From assembly GCF_009914755.1 (NCBI RefSeq), contig NC_060937.1: a stretch of 64,000 nt of DNA. One strand, written 5' to 3'. Both the position numbers and the translations under genes were made by a program. Source of the stretch: the human T2T-CHM13v2.0 reference genome, Homo sapiens. Below, piece after piece: positions 17,610-30,911 of this stretch; positions within the stretch are counted from its first letter, which is position 1; every line of letters starts with the position of its first letter. The notes beneath the pieces were generated by a model, which worked only from the letters and a program-made list of their open reading frames with translations, was not told where the DNA came from and made no database searches.

Positions 17610-18880
17610 TTCCTTTAACAAATACGTATAACTGAGCTGTTACTATGTGCCAGACCCTACTTTAGGTGCCAGTTATATAATAAGCAAACAGACACCCTTC
17701 CTGTCTTCCTGGAGGTGAGTCTAATGAGGACCAGGCAATAAAAAGTAAACAAATAAATGCATCATTATGTCCTAAAAGGAACTTTGGAGGAAATGAACAG
17801 GACACAGTTGCAGATTGTACAGGATAAAAGGGACAAGAGCAGGTGTTTATGGAAGGCTGAGGTCAGGAGGACAGAGTGGTGGCCACGTGGTATGGACCGG
17901 TTTTCCCGGCAGTGGGAACAACGTGTCCAAAGACTATAAGATAGGAGAAAGTTTATTCCATTTGAGGGATGGAAAGGCTGGTGCTGTTGGGAAGGGCACA
18001 GTGAGGTGAGATGGAGCTGGAGAGGCTGGCTGGACCAGATGGAGTGAAGCTTCATCTGACATGCAGTGGGAAGCCACGAGTGACTTTAAACAGGGCAGCA
18101 ATGGTCCTCTTGTTGGGTGCCATGTGGAGATTGGATTAAGAGAGGCAGAGTGGGTGGAGGAGACCCTGAAGAGGCTGCACCGTCAGTGTTGGAGTGGAGC
18201 AGGGGCAGTGCAGATGGGGAAGCCAGGATGAGCACAGCTGTCCTCAGGATGTGGCAGGCAGGGCTTGCTGATGAAGTAGACGTGAGGTGGCAGAGAGATT
18301 GTGATGGCACTCATGCTTCTGAGATGATCAACTGGGAATGGCCGATGCCATGGACTGAGATGGGAATAGAGAAGAGAAGGGGGGAAATTCAGGAGGTGAG
18401 GAGAAAGTTATTGAAAATTACGTTACTTTTTAACAAGTGCAGTTCGAAATACCAAGTGGAGATGTCAAACAGGCAATTATCAGATTAGAGTAGAGAGTTC
18501 AGAGATATTTTAGGTAGAAATATAAATTTGGGAACCATCAGCCTGTAAATAGTATTTAAAGACATGATAATGAATAGGATCACCTTGAAAAATTGAAGGA
18601 AGAGAAGAGATGGTCCCAGAACAGTTCAGGCAAAATCCACCATTTAGAGGCCAGAGAAAAAGAGAAGATTATGAAAGGGCCTGAGAATTAAAGTCTAGAA
18701 AGGTAGAGGGTAAAATTAGGAGAATACTGATTTTAAGAAAACAAGAAAAAAGTGTTTTCAAGGAGGAAATAGCCAACCATTTCAAATAAAATGAAGAGTG
18801 AAATAAATTTTAAAAAGTGAGGGAAATAAAATAGGAAAGTGAATATTGGATTTGGAAGCAAGGAGGTTATGTGATCCCTC
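17610..18880 (-). mobile_element. L2 fragment
   Basis: L2 3'-end motif AACAAATA...TACTATGTGCCAGAC, followed by purine-rich L2 body (AGTGGAGATGTCAAACAGGCA, ATAAATTTGGGAACCATCAGC). Confidence 0.7.
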
Positions 18881-19093
18881 TGATTGATATTAGCCAAAGC
18901 TAAATATGGCAAAATAACTTCTGGAAATACATCCTTCTATCTAAAGATTTGCCTGTTCTTTAGAAGGACCTGTTTGGTGCAGAAGGAAAATAGGTCAAAA
19001 ATAGTTGCAAGCATTCCTTACCATGTTGGTAGAAGGTGTTCTTACTCCATGGTTTACCATCATAAGCCATCCTGCCTTTATGCCTCTTGCTAT

Positions 19094-19600
19094 GTGTATT
19101 ATCCAGGACTGTTTCGGGTGCAAGTGACGGAAACCCAAGTCGAAGAAGTTCAAGTGAAGATGAAACTTACTAATTTATAAAATAAATTAGACAGTGCTGA
19201 ATTTAGGATCTCAAATGATGTTGTTAGGATTTCACCCCTACTCTCACACTCTCTCCCTCTTCTTTCATTCTTCCTGATTTCTTCTCTGGCAAGCTCTCTC
19301 CAAGTGGCGGAGGGATGAATGTTGGCAGTGCAGTGTTAGGTCCATTAACTTCTGATAGCAGAGGCCAGCTTCTCTCTTGGAGCATTCATATTAATTCTGG
19401 GACAACTGACACTGGCTTGCTTGTGTCCCATGACTTCCTAATGGTATTCACCATGTCTGGATTGATGACATACCCTGATTGGTCAGCATGTACCACATAC
19501 ACACCTGTGTTACTGGACATGTGTCCACATGACCGATAGCTGGACCACAACCGTGGGGAGCTGAGGAGTGTTCTAGGGACAGACAAGAAAACAGTAGGTG
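19094..19600. mobile_element. Old MaLR LTR (MLT1J-L-like)
   Basis: CAGGACTGTTTCGGGTGCAAGTGACGGAAACCCAA start motif; diverged. Confidence 0.5.
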
Positions 19601-19700
19601 CCCACTATAACAGTATACAGAAGAAAAAAGTAGACATCGACTGTAATAGGACACAGAAGAAAACAGTAGGTGCCCACTGTAATAGGATACTGAAGTAGAC
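19583..19700. repeat. 36-bp minisatellite, ~3.3 copies
   Basis: Units at 19583, 19619 and 19655; consensus AGAAGAAAACAGTAGGTGCCCACTGTAATAGGATAC. Confidence 0.9.
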
Positions 19701-22700
19701 ACAGGGTTGCAGCTGAGCTTCCAACAGTTCCTCCATATAGTTCTTTGTTAACATTAACTCAGCTTTCATTGCAGCCAACTACTAACTTAACAATTAGCTA
19801 TGTGAGCACTAAGTCAGAGATTGAGGGTAGGTATAAATCATGCCAAGAGCTAGAGGAAATTTGGTACCAAATAACAACCGGTCTTGGTTAAGAGGCTAGG
19901 TATCCATAAATGCTGGTCTTGCTCTATTGCCATTCTGTGTCTTGTTTTTGCTAACTTGTTAATGTTTCTGGATGTTGGTATTATTCTTTAGTCAAGTACT
20001 AACCTAATGACACCATAAAAGCTTTAGATTTCTGATTTCTGAGAGCATCTAATAAAAACCAGGACAGAGCAATGAGAAGAGTTTGTCTGAATTGCCTACC
20101 CGTGTAAATATAAAACTGTGTTTTAAAATGAGCCTGTAGCTGAAGTAAAAATCAAAACAAGACCAGTTTTATAAGCTAACATTTGTAGGCCTGTGGGTTT
20201 GAGCTTGTTTTTATTTTTTTTTTCCCTTTTAGTCACTTGCTCGTTTAAATAAAGGTTTTTGTTTGTTTGTTTGTTTTGTTTTTTTCTCTTTTCAGGTCTG
20301 TTAGATACTTAAAGGGCATTTATTCTGTTGGTTTGGTGTATTTTGTAGGGAACTTTTTAAAATGGCAGAGTTTGCCATTTTATTTTAAAAGTCAGTCCTA
20401 TTGTAAAGAAGAGAGAATGATTTGATGATCTTTTAATCTAGATGTGTGTGTGTGTGTATAATAAGGGTATTATTATTCGAGAATTATGCTGATTATAACT
20501 TTGGATGAAATTGATAATTATGATCCATCTATTTTGCTATATTTAGTGTGCTGTGCTGAGCAATTTGACTAAAAGATAAAGGAGAACTATTCTTGAAATT
20601 ATTTGGTCATCCTAAATACAGTAATGAAGTTGGGATGAGTATGGTAAATTTATTAAATTTACTGTTACAAAAGAAATATATATATCAATTCTATAAATTG
20701 AAAAAATACAAAAGAAATTTGGGAAATACTATTTTAAATGAAAAAAGGTGGATTATAGGAGGAAATTATTAATAATTTTTTAGTTTCCTTACAGTATTTT
20801 TCCTATGAGTATATATTTTAATATGTATATATTCTAAGTTTTCATTTAACATTATATCACTAGAATTTCCCTAGGTTGTTATATGTTTTTCAAACATATT
20901 TCACATACCCAAAATACTAATTTTGTAATACTATAGTAATTTGATGGATTAATTACTCTAATTTTAATCCTTCTTCATTTAATGTCCAGTTTTGCCCCAG
21001 TACAGATAATGGTAAATTAAAGATCTTTAGGCACAAATTCTAGTTTTTGTTTCTAGTTGTTTCCTTTGGGTAAGTTACTAGAATTGGAATTACTATTGTT
21101 TGTTTGATGTTCTTAATACTTAGTGCCCAATATCTTTTGGGGGGGTTATTGTTAACTTTCACTTTCTTCATCAGAGGAGCAGCATGTCTCTTTTTCAAAC
21201 ACCTGGCCAATATTATCTATTATCAGTTTTTAAATTTCCCTTAATCTTTGAAAACTGCTGCAGTGATGGTGTTTATTGGCATTTCTTTAATTCAGGGTGA
21301 AGCTGAACATTTTTGGTATGTTTATTCGTCACGTGTATTTCTTTGATGTATACGTGTATTCATTGCTTGAGTTTTATTGGATTTTTTTCTGTTTTTGCTT
21401 GGTTGAGATTATTTATATTTTAAGGATATTAACCTTGTCCTATCTTTAAGGCAAATACTTCTCCCAATTTATCTGCCATGGTGTTCTTTGTGCCACACAT
21501 CTCCTAGGGCAGGCACCTCTCCACTCCTCCTTTCTGAAATGTTGGAGCTCTTTCAGAATGATGTAAGTTATGATGCAAACAGTAAGGCAGAAAACACACT
21601 GAGAATTACTGCCACTAATTAACGTGAGATGAGATGTTTCTTGGAAGTTTAAAGGAAAATAGAAGTAAAACCCATGCAGTCATTCCCAATACTAGCATAA
21701 CATAGGCAGCCTGAATTTAACCATCCCACTAGCTTGCTCCTTCCCTGCCAGCTCACCTCCTGGAAGAGCAACTTGTATAGACTGGATGCCTCTTAGTTCT
21801 CACTTTTCATTGCCTTATTATGATCTGTGTGTATGGGCTTGTTTCTAGACTCTCCATTTTCTTTTACTTGTGAATTATCTGTCACTAGCTCATTTTTTTT
21901 TGTTACTGTAGCACAAAGCTGTATCATCACAACCTGTAGGGTAAGTCCCACTCCTTATGCATTCGTGTGTTCAACAAGCACTTACTGATTGCCTATTATG
22001 TGCACATAACTGATACTGGTCACGGTCACCTAGTCACATCGTTGTAATTGACTTCTCACGTGGGTTACCTTGTCATTTGGAGGGACGATGCACCATGATG
22101 GTGCTTGTTACCTAGTAAGAAATTATCTATCTGGATATTAGAGCTAGGTGACATGGCTTATGAAAGACAGTTTTTGAAACTGTGGAAAGTAATTTTTCAG
22201 GAGTTTTCAGATTGACATCATAAGTGCTATAAGAGGTTTGCTAAGCCCTCAGTCAGCAAGCCCTGTGAACGGAAAGGACCTTACCCAAGGCAGGTAGAAT
22301 GCCATCGCTAACACTCAGGTGAATCTCCCATGAAGATTAGAAAGATGGCTTACTCTCTTATCTGACAGATTGCATACAGCTGCAAAGAGAATTAGTATAT
22401 TGGAAGGTAGATCTTAGAAAACACCACAGAGTGATAAATCTGTGGAAATATAAAGCTAAGTTTAAAAAACATGACTGGTGAATGAGGAGGTCTAAATATA
22501 TCTTAATTGAAGCCCCAGTGGAAGTAACCGGAGAAAATATAGGAAAGACAATGGTTAAATAAGCAATTGCCAAGAGTTTTCTATAACTGAAGACAAGTTC
22601 AATTGAAAACAGACACTGACTCATGAACAGAATAAATTAATTCAAATTTATGAAATGAAATCATTCTGAATCTGGAAAACACTAAAAGTAAAGAAACTTT

Positions 22701-23328
22701 TAAAAGTCCCAATGGAAAAAAAAAGACGTAACACTGAAAAAAGCTTTGTAGATACGTGTTGAATGAACTGTTGAAAGCAAAGTGGTGGAAATTTGTACCA
22801 GAAAAACATTGAAACCAAAAGTGGCATACCAAAGTCAGTATCAGACAGATAACTTCGAACTATTATAACTCATTCTTTGAGTTCTTAGATAGAATTAAAT
22901 GTCATTTCTAAAAGGTCTGTTTTGTTCTTTCTCAAACTCACCTTTTCAAAAATCATATGATATTAACTCATTTTGGGCATTATCCTTGCATTTATCATCT
23001 TTGTGTCTCAGACTCTTGATAATGGCCTACCCAAACTAGGCATGACAATAAATGTTGGTTGAAATGAAGAATATCATGAAGACACTATGTTCGATTCACT
23101 ATATTATATGCTATGACAATAATCACATAATGTAGAAGACAGATTATCTGTCCTTAAGGTCATTTTGTTTTAAATAACAAACTGGGGATCATGAATTCAG
23201 AAGCATATGAAAGCAGATATTTACACCAAAACAAGTATAGTGCTTCACATCTGGAGCCCTATCCATTAAAGGATTGAAAACTATACCTGAGAGATGCATT
23301 GAAAAGCAATCAAAATTAAATATAGCAT

Positions 23329-23886
<558 letters not shown>

Positions 23887-24904
23887 TTAAATATAGCACC
23901 AACATACTTTGAAGGATGGTTAGCAGGAGAAATAATGTAATTTTTAATGACAAAATTTGTTTTAATGAACAAGTCTATGAAAATAAATTTTGTTCATGAT
24001 ACATTAAAAATTAGAATTATTTATCTTGGAATATAGATTTTAAGTTCTAATATACTTATTTCACTAATTATGTTTTGTAAAGGGTTTATAAGAAGACCAC
24101 AAAGTGCTGTGTGTTATTCCAATGCAATTTCTTGCTGACATGAATACCACTAATGCAGTTGCCTGACCTCCAAGTGCTGAAGCATTGATATTCTTCTCAA
24201 GCCTAATTTGAGTAAATACCTAAAGGAAGCTGGTTAAACCAGATAGCCTCTGAAAGTCTCTCCTGGCAAAAATTTAATATAGTGTCTAATAAAAATGAAA
24301 GCCACTTGTGAGTTGTGAGAAATATAAACAAATCAACTTTTTAGAGAAATATTTAAATTGAGTGTTTCACCTAGTGATTTAACTCATGCTTATCTAGAGT
24401 AAAAGGACTTTTTTATGCAATGCAGTGAACACTGGTAGATGGCACTTTCAAAACATTAAAGAAGGCTGTCATAAAACGATATAAAAAGAATTACAGCTGG
24501 CAAACTTAAAAAAAACAAAGATTGGTAAATACAGCTCAAATATGGGAGGACTAGAAAGCAGGTCACCAGCTTCCGAAAAGCAGTGTGTGGTCAGTATTTT
24601 CTTCCAGGGATGTGGGGTCCAGCTTCTTACTCAAGCTGTCAGCAGGGCAGGTGGGCAGATGTGGGGGGACTCAAGAGCCAAAGACAGCACATTCCCCAGG
24701 CTCCCCATTTTTGGGCAAGCCTCACCAGACTGAAGGAGATCTTGCTGAGTCTTCTTCTGAGTCCTAAACAACTAATCACACTAAACGTACTCTGTTTATG
24801 CACAGGCTTCAAATTAACTCATTATAAAAAGTTGAGGAAATTCTGAAGTAACACTCAACCTATTTTATTGCTTGTTGTACGCTTAAATAAAAAATGTCTG
24901 GGTT

Positions 24905-25211
24905 GGCCGGGCGTGGTGGTGCATGCCTGTAATCCCAGCACTTTGGGAGGCCGAAGCGAGTGGATTACCTGAGGTCAGGAGTTCAAGACCAGCCTGGCCA
25001 ACATGGTGAAACCCCGTCTCTACTAAAAATACAAAAATTAGCTGGGCGTGGTGGCATGTGCCTGTAATCCCAGCTGCTTGGGAGACCGAGGCAGGAGACT
25101 CACTTGAAACCCTGGAGGCGGAGGTTGCAGTGAGCTGAGATCACGCCACTGCAGTCCAGCCTGGCAACAGAGCAAGAATCTGTTTCAAAAAACAAACAAA
25201 CAAACAAAAAA
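24905..25211 (+). mobile_element. AluSx with (CAAA)n tail
   Basis: Full Alu consensus match. Confidence 0.95.
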
Positions 25212-25244
25212 ACTGGGAATTTTTCCTTTCAACATTTGTATGTA

Positions 25245-25920
25245 GTTAATTCAGCAAATGTTTATTAAGCACATACTACATGCTGGCTGCTGCTCTAGGG
25301 GCCGAGGGTAAAACAAAATAACAAAATAGTTGAAAACCTCACCCTCTCAGGGCTTATAGGTGGAGGGTGAGCATTTACAATAAAATATGTAGGTAAAATA
25401 TGTAGTATGCCTGGGGAGTTAAGTGCTACAGAAGAAAAAATGTCAGAGGAGCATGGGGAGCTCTGTGGTGGTGTTGGTGGGGCCTGTTACTGAAATAGGA
25501 ATGATCAGGAAGATCGTTGATAAGCGATCTTTGCACAGAGAGTTGAGGGGAGCCATGCAGGCATCGGGAGACCTTCCAGGTAGTGGGAATTATAACTGTG
25601 GAGTCCCTGAGGTGGGGTCACACTTGGGGGACTCCTGGCCGAGTAAGACCACTGTTCCTGGAGCAGGAGGAGTCAGGGCGAGAGGGACTGGATGAAGGCA
25701 GAGAACCATGTCCGTCGGGGTGAGAAGTTTGGTTTTTACTCTGAGTGAAATGGGAAGCCACGGGAAGGTTTGTTGCAGAGGTGGGGCATGAGCCGATGCA
25801 TGTTTTGAAAGGACCACTCCAGCCTCGATGTTAGAAATGGACTGTAGGAGATTTAGAGCCACAGGCAGGGGGATAGTCAGGTGGCTGTTGCAGTGACCCA
25901 GGTGAAAGACGATGGCAGAG
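25245..25920 (-). mobile_element. L2 fragment
   Basis: ATTCAGCAAATGTTTATTAAGCACATACTAC... and TTTTTACTCTGAGTGAAATGGGAAGCCA motifs. Confidence 0.75.
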
Positions 25921-26054
25921 GTGCTGATTAGGGGACCTAAGAGCTGGCCTCATAACAGGATTGCTGTCAGCTCTCCAGCAAACCACGATAAAATTGTCTT
26001 AAATGGATACTGAAGTTTTCTCAGTGTTATGTAAGGGTGAACAAAAGCATTATC

Positions 26055-26488
26055 TAGTAGACAGAATAATGGCCCCCACAGACATTCGTGTTCTAATAAC
26101 CCCTGGAACCTGTGAAGAGGTCACCTTACGTGGAAGAGGAGGAGGCTCTGCAGGTGTGGTTATGCCCAGGCTCTCGAAAGGGAAAGACCATCCTGGGTAA
26201 TCCGGGCAAGCCCAGTGTTATCACGGGGGTCCCTGTGAGGGGCAGACAGAGGCATCGGAGCCAGAGGAGGGTGTGTGATGATGGAAGCAGAGGCTCGAGC
26301 AAGGAACGTGGGCAGCTTCTAGAAGCTGGAAAAGGCAAGCAACGTCTCCCCTCCACCCTCCAGAAAAACACAGCCTTGCCCACGCTTTCATTAAGACCTA
26401 TTTTTTGACCTCCACAACTATAAGATAAAATTGTGTTAAGCCACTAGGTTTCTGATAATTTGCTACAGCAACAATAGGAAACTATATA
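26055..26488 (+). mobile_element. MaLR LTR (MLT1D-like)
   Basis: AGACAGAATAATGGCCCCC...CCCTGGAACCTGTGA...TGCTACAGCAACAATAGGAAACTA. Confidence 0.8.
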
Positions 26489-26689
26489 TATAGGACTGGG
26501 AATATGTAGAAATAGAAATATACTCACATGTGTTCTTAGAAAACTTTGCTAGTTGTATTCACCTGTAGCAATATTGTAAGTCTGTGCTTGCTTTTGGTTC
26601 AGACTCCCTGGCCACCCTTCCCCATCCAATTGCACTCTCCTAGTCTGTCCTTTATAGGAATTCTGGAGCCATTATTTCAAATGATAAGC

Positions 26690-27330
26690 ACTTTGGAATC
26701 AATATAATAGAGGGAAGAGGTTGAGAGTGACTGCGTGTCCAGAGAGGGAGGCTGCTTTGAGGAGATGGCATGTGTGCTGCTACTGAAAGATGAGCAGGAC
26801 CAGCAGGGGCAGACCAAGTCCAGGACAAAGGTCCTGGGGTGAGAATTAGCCTGGTCTGTTGAAGAGTATCTACTCTTTGCTTCAGTCTTGTGAGCAAAGG
26901 ACACAGTGGTAGTAGATGAAGCCAAAGACATCAGCGAAGTCCGGCTCATATAGGGTCTTGTGGGTGATAGAGGCGTTTGGACATTGTCACTGTGGCGAAA
27001 AGCCATCAGAAGGTTTGGAAAAATAGAGTGACAGGAGCTTACTGACATTTTACACATTGACTGCTGGGTGGGGAATGGTTTTCAAGAAGGGAAAGAATGA
27101 AAGTGGACTTTTCAGCAGTGTAGTTACGAGCATTCAGAGTAACCTAAACTAGTGTGGTAGCAATGGAAATGTAGAGATGTAGACAGATTTCAGATATATA
27201 TGGAAGGTAGAATTGATAGGACTTGCTGATATGGGGCTTGAGGGAAGAGAGAACCATCAGGAATACATCTGGTAGTTTGGTTCGAGCCACTGGCTCTAAT
27301 ATAAGGAAGACTGGAGGAGTTCAAAGAAAT
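26690..27330 (-). mobile_element. L2 fragment
   Basis: GGAAGGTAGAATTGATAGGACTTGCTGAT and related L2 motifs. Confidence 0.6.
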
Positions 27331-27664
27331 GAGTCAATGAATAATGTGCTTACGAAATCATTAAACATTTAGGGGTTGAATAATGTTGGCTGTCAGTCCT
27401 GGATATTTGAAAATACTGTGTGATGAATAGCCTCATTGTAGATAATCAGAATATGTGAAAACGCCTATTGTTAAATTGGAAGGAGATTTAAAGATTTGTT
27501 TTAGACCATAACTTATTTTTAATAAGGACAACTCCAAATCACCCCTAAAAATAAATGTGTGACTTTTGCACAAAAAATCCCAGAGAAGAGTATTTATATT
27601 CTGATTCATCTTTTTACTACATTTACAATCAGGAAAGTCATAATCTCCAATTTTAGCTTCATAG

Positions 27665-28025
<361 letters not shown>

Positions 28026-28383
28026 GCGGATTCCTTTTTAAATTTACACATACCAGTTTGATTTTCCTCCCAATTAACCTTTGTAGAACTCGGTAACTTG
28101 ATTATTTTAGGTTAATGTTTCAATTCCAAGTTTAACCCTGAAGAATTCTGATAGATAGATACAGAGAATTTATTAACATCTGAATTTATTAACATTTGAA
28201 AATATGGTCACTAGATTTCAAACGTTTATCATATATAAAATATTTTAAATGGCAGATTAAATATCTCCCTGTGATTGAAACACAGTGACATGTTTCAAAA
28301 TAATATTTAATTATCTTTTTAAAAATCATTAATTTTGGAAATCTATGACTGGGATGAAAAATATGTTTTCAGGCTCATAGTAA

Positions 28384-28677
<294 letters not shown>

Positions 28678-29338
28678 TAAGCATGTTCTTGTTTTGTTCA
28701 CTGTATCACTTAGTCTGTATTGTATTGATAGGAGTTTCCTTTTGTAATTAACATTCATTTCTTTGCTGTCTGGCTCTGAATTTCAGGAGCAAAATATGTA
28801 TGTAGCATTTACGTTTTTCCCTTTTCCTTAAACCTCATTGTGAACTATAGTGTGTTGGTTTTGTGTTTTTGCTGTAATTTTTTTCATTAGTCATCTCGAA
28901 ATAGTGGGAATATTGTAATAGTCTTTAGTTTGTGGTTGATTGAGTCAGGATTATTTGCTGATTATTTAATTCAGTTTGTAAAATGGTATAAATCATTTTC
29001 TTAATTTCATTAATTCATAAATATTTAAATGACACTCATTTAAAAACTTTTTTATTTACAGTGGTAATCAAGTTACACTTTCATTTTTTAAAAACCCTAT
29101 GCTGATGTACAGTAAAAACATCAATCCTGAGGAATTCATATTCTATTTTAAACATTCTTATGTTTTAAAGACAGCTACATAATTTTGTATTCTTTGATAA
29201 TATTTTGTGTACTTTTGAAAAAATGCTAAATGTAGAATGTCTTAATTTTACAAGATAGCTGCAGTGAGATAAAAATATTGCAGAGAACATTGCAGGCAGG
29301 TCAGTCTGTTGCTTACATGCATCTGAAGGTGTGATATA

Positions 29339-29579
29339 TGCACAGGCTCTTTCTTTTCTTTCTTTTCTTTCTTTTCTTTCTTTTCTTTCTTTCCTTTCTT
29401 TCCTTTCTTTCTCTTCTTTCCCTTCATTCCCTTCTTTCCCTTCTTTCTCCTCTTTCTCTCTTTCTTTCTTTCCTTTTTTTTTTTTTTTTTGAGACGGAGT
29501 CTCACTCTGTTGCCCAGGCTGGAGTGCAGTGGTGCAATCTTGGCTCACTGCAACCTCCACCTCTGCACAGGCTCTTTCT
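29339..29579 (-). mobile_element. Severely 5'-truncated Alu with an expanded (TTTC)-type tail
   Basis: ~73 nt of Alu 3' end (29491-29563); perfect 16-bp TSD TGCACAGGCTCTTTCT at 29339-29354 and 29564-29579. Confidence 0.9.
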
Positions 29580-30911
29580 GAGAGCAATGCTTGAAGTCAT
29601 TCATTCTGAAACACCTTCTATTATTCTTCTTCTTCACTTTCTATGCAACTGTTTCTATCCCACTATAGTTCTAGCCAGTAGATACATTATTTATTTTATT
29701 GACATCATAAATAAATATTTATGTTTTTACATATGCAAAGAGGTAAAATACCAATCAAATCAAAATATAGTTTGAAATGGTGTTAGCATATTTGATATAT
29801 TAATATGAATGTAATCAATATAGATATATGATATAAGCTGTTAAATTACATATATTATAAATACATGAACAATTATATAAATATATTCAAATTAATCCAA
29901 TTTAAATTGTGATTTCTTAGTTAAAATTCATAAAATCACTATTTCTACAGCATCACAATAGTACTTAGTTCCACTGGACAATGTTACTTCATGAAAGTAG
30001 CACAACTAACAGGATGCATGTTTTTGCACATCATATACATTTTAGTATCTAAATGTAAAATACTCTAACATTTTTTGGAGAGTGAAGCAGTGTTAAAGTC
30101 CTCAAATTATAAACTATGGGATTTGCCAGAGACAACTGAATAGAGAGCCCTGCATCAGCCTGCTGTAGGACCGTCAGTTATGCAGAAGGTTAAGAGAGGC
30201 AGTGTCCTGGGTAGGAGGCCCATGGAAGGGCCTGGGAGTGACGAGAAGCCCAGCACGTGCTGAACAAGGACAGACTTTATCTGGAATGAATGATGTGCAT
30301 TATTTATGAAATATGGGTGAATTAATTTTGTAAACGGTTTGACTGTAAAGTGACAATATGTCTACTTTATACTCTTGTCATGTAGCATGTAAAACAACTT
30401 TGAGGTATTATAAATTTGGATTAAATTAAGTTGTGCCAGCAGCTGAGTCCATTTCACTGATGGAGAAGGGCTTCCCACAGAGATCAGCACAGCCTTTCCG
30501 GCCATCACTGCAGCTGCCCATCCCCTGCCCTTTCTAGTGAGATATGGTCATTGAGCATGGCATTTGCTTCAGTTAGGAACCTGTTGCTAATTGGTAGCGA
30601 GTATTCAGGATTCTTTAGTGCTGTCTTTAACAAAATAAGAAAAACTACCACTAACATTTATGGAATCAAAAGGCAAGATACCCAAAGTCACTAAGCTACA
30701 GAAAATGCCAGGCCTTAATTGGAAGATGCTGGTTAGACTTTGGGTCATTATTCTCAATGTGGAATGACATAAATGACGTAATTACCTTAGGTGCATGAGT
30801 TTGATTTCTTACTTTTGTAATTATCCTATATGTTTTGAAACAGTAAATTGTAAATTAACGTATGCTTTAATTCTTACTGATTTGAAAGATTTTAAAATAC
30901 AAGATTTCATG

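Noticed and set aside
19583-19700. 36-bp repeats (and the 20-mer at 62273-62360) as a CRISPR-like array
   Set aside because: Human intronic context, units directly adjacent or with trivial gaps, no unique spacers, no cas genes.
29165-29775. K/E/R-rich and F/L-rich ORFs of 85-145 aa
   Set aside because: They are translations of the (TTTC)-type tract plus an Alu stub, with no coding signal.
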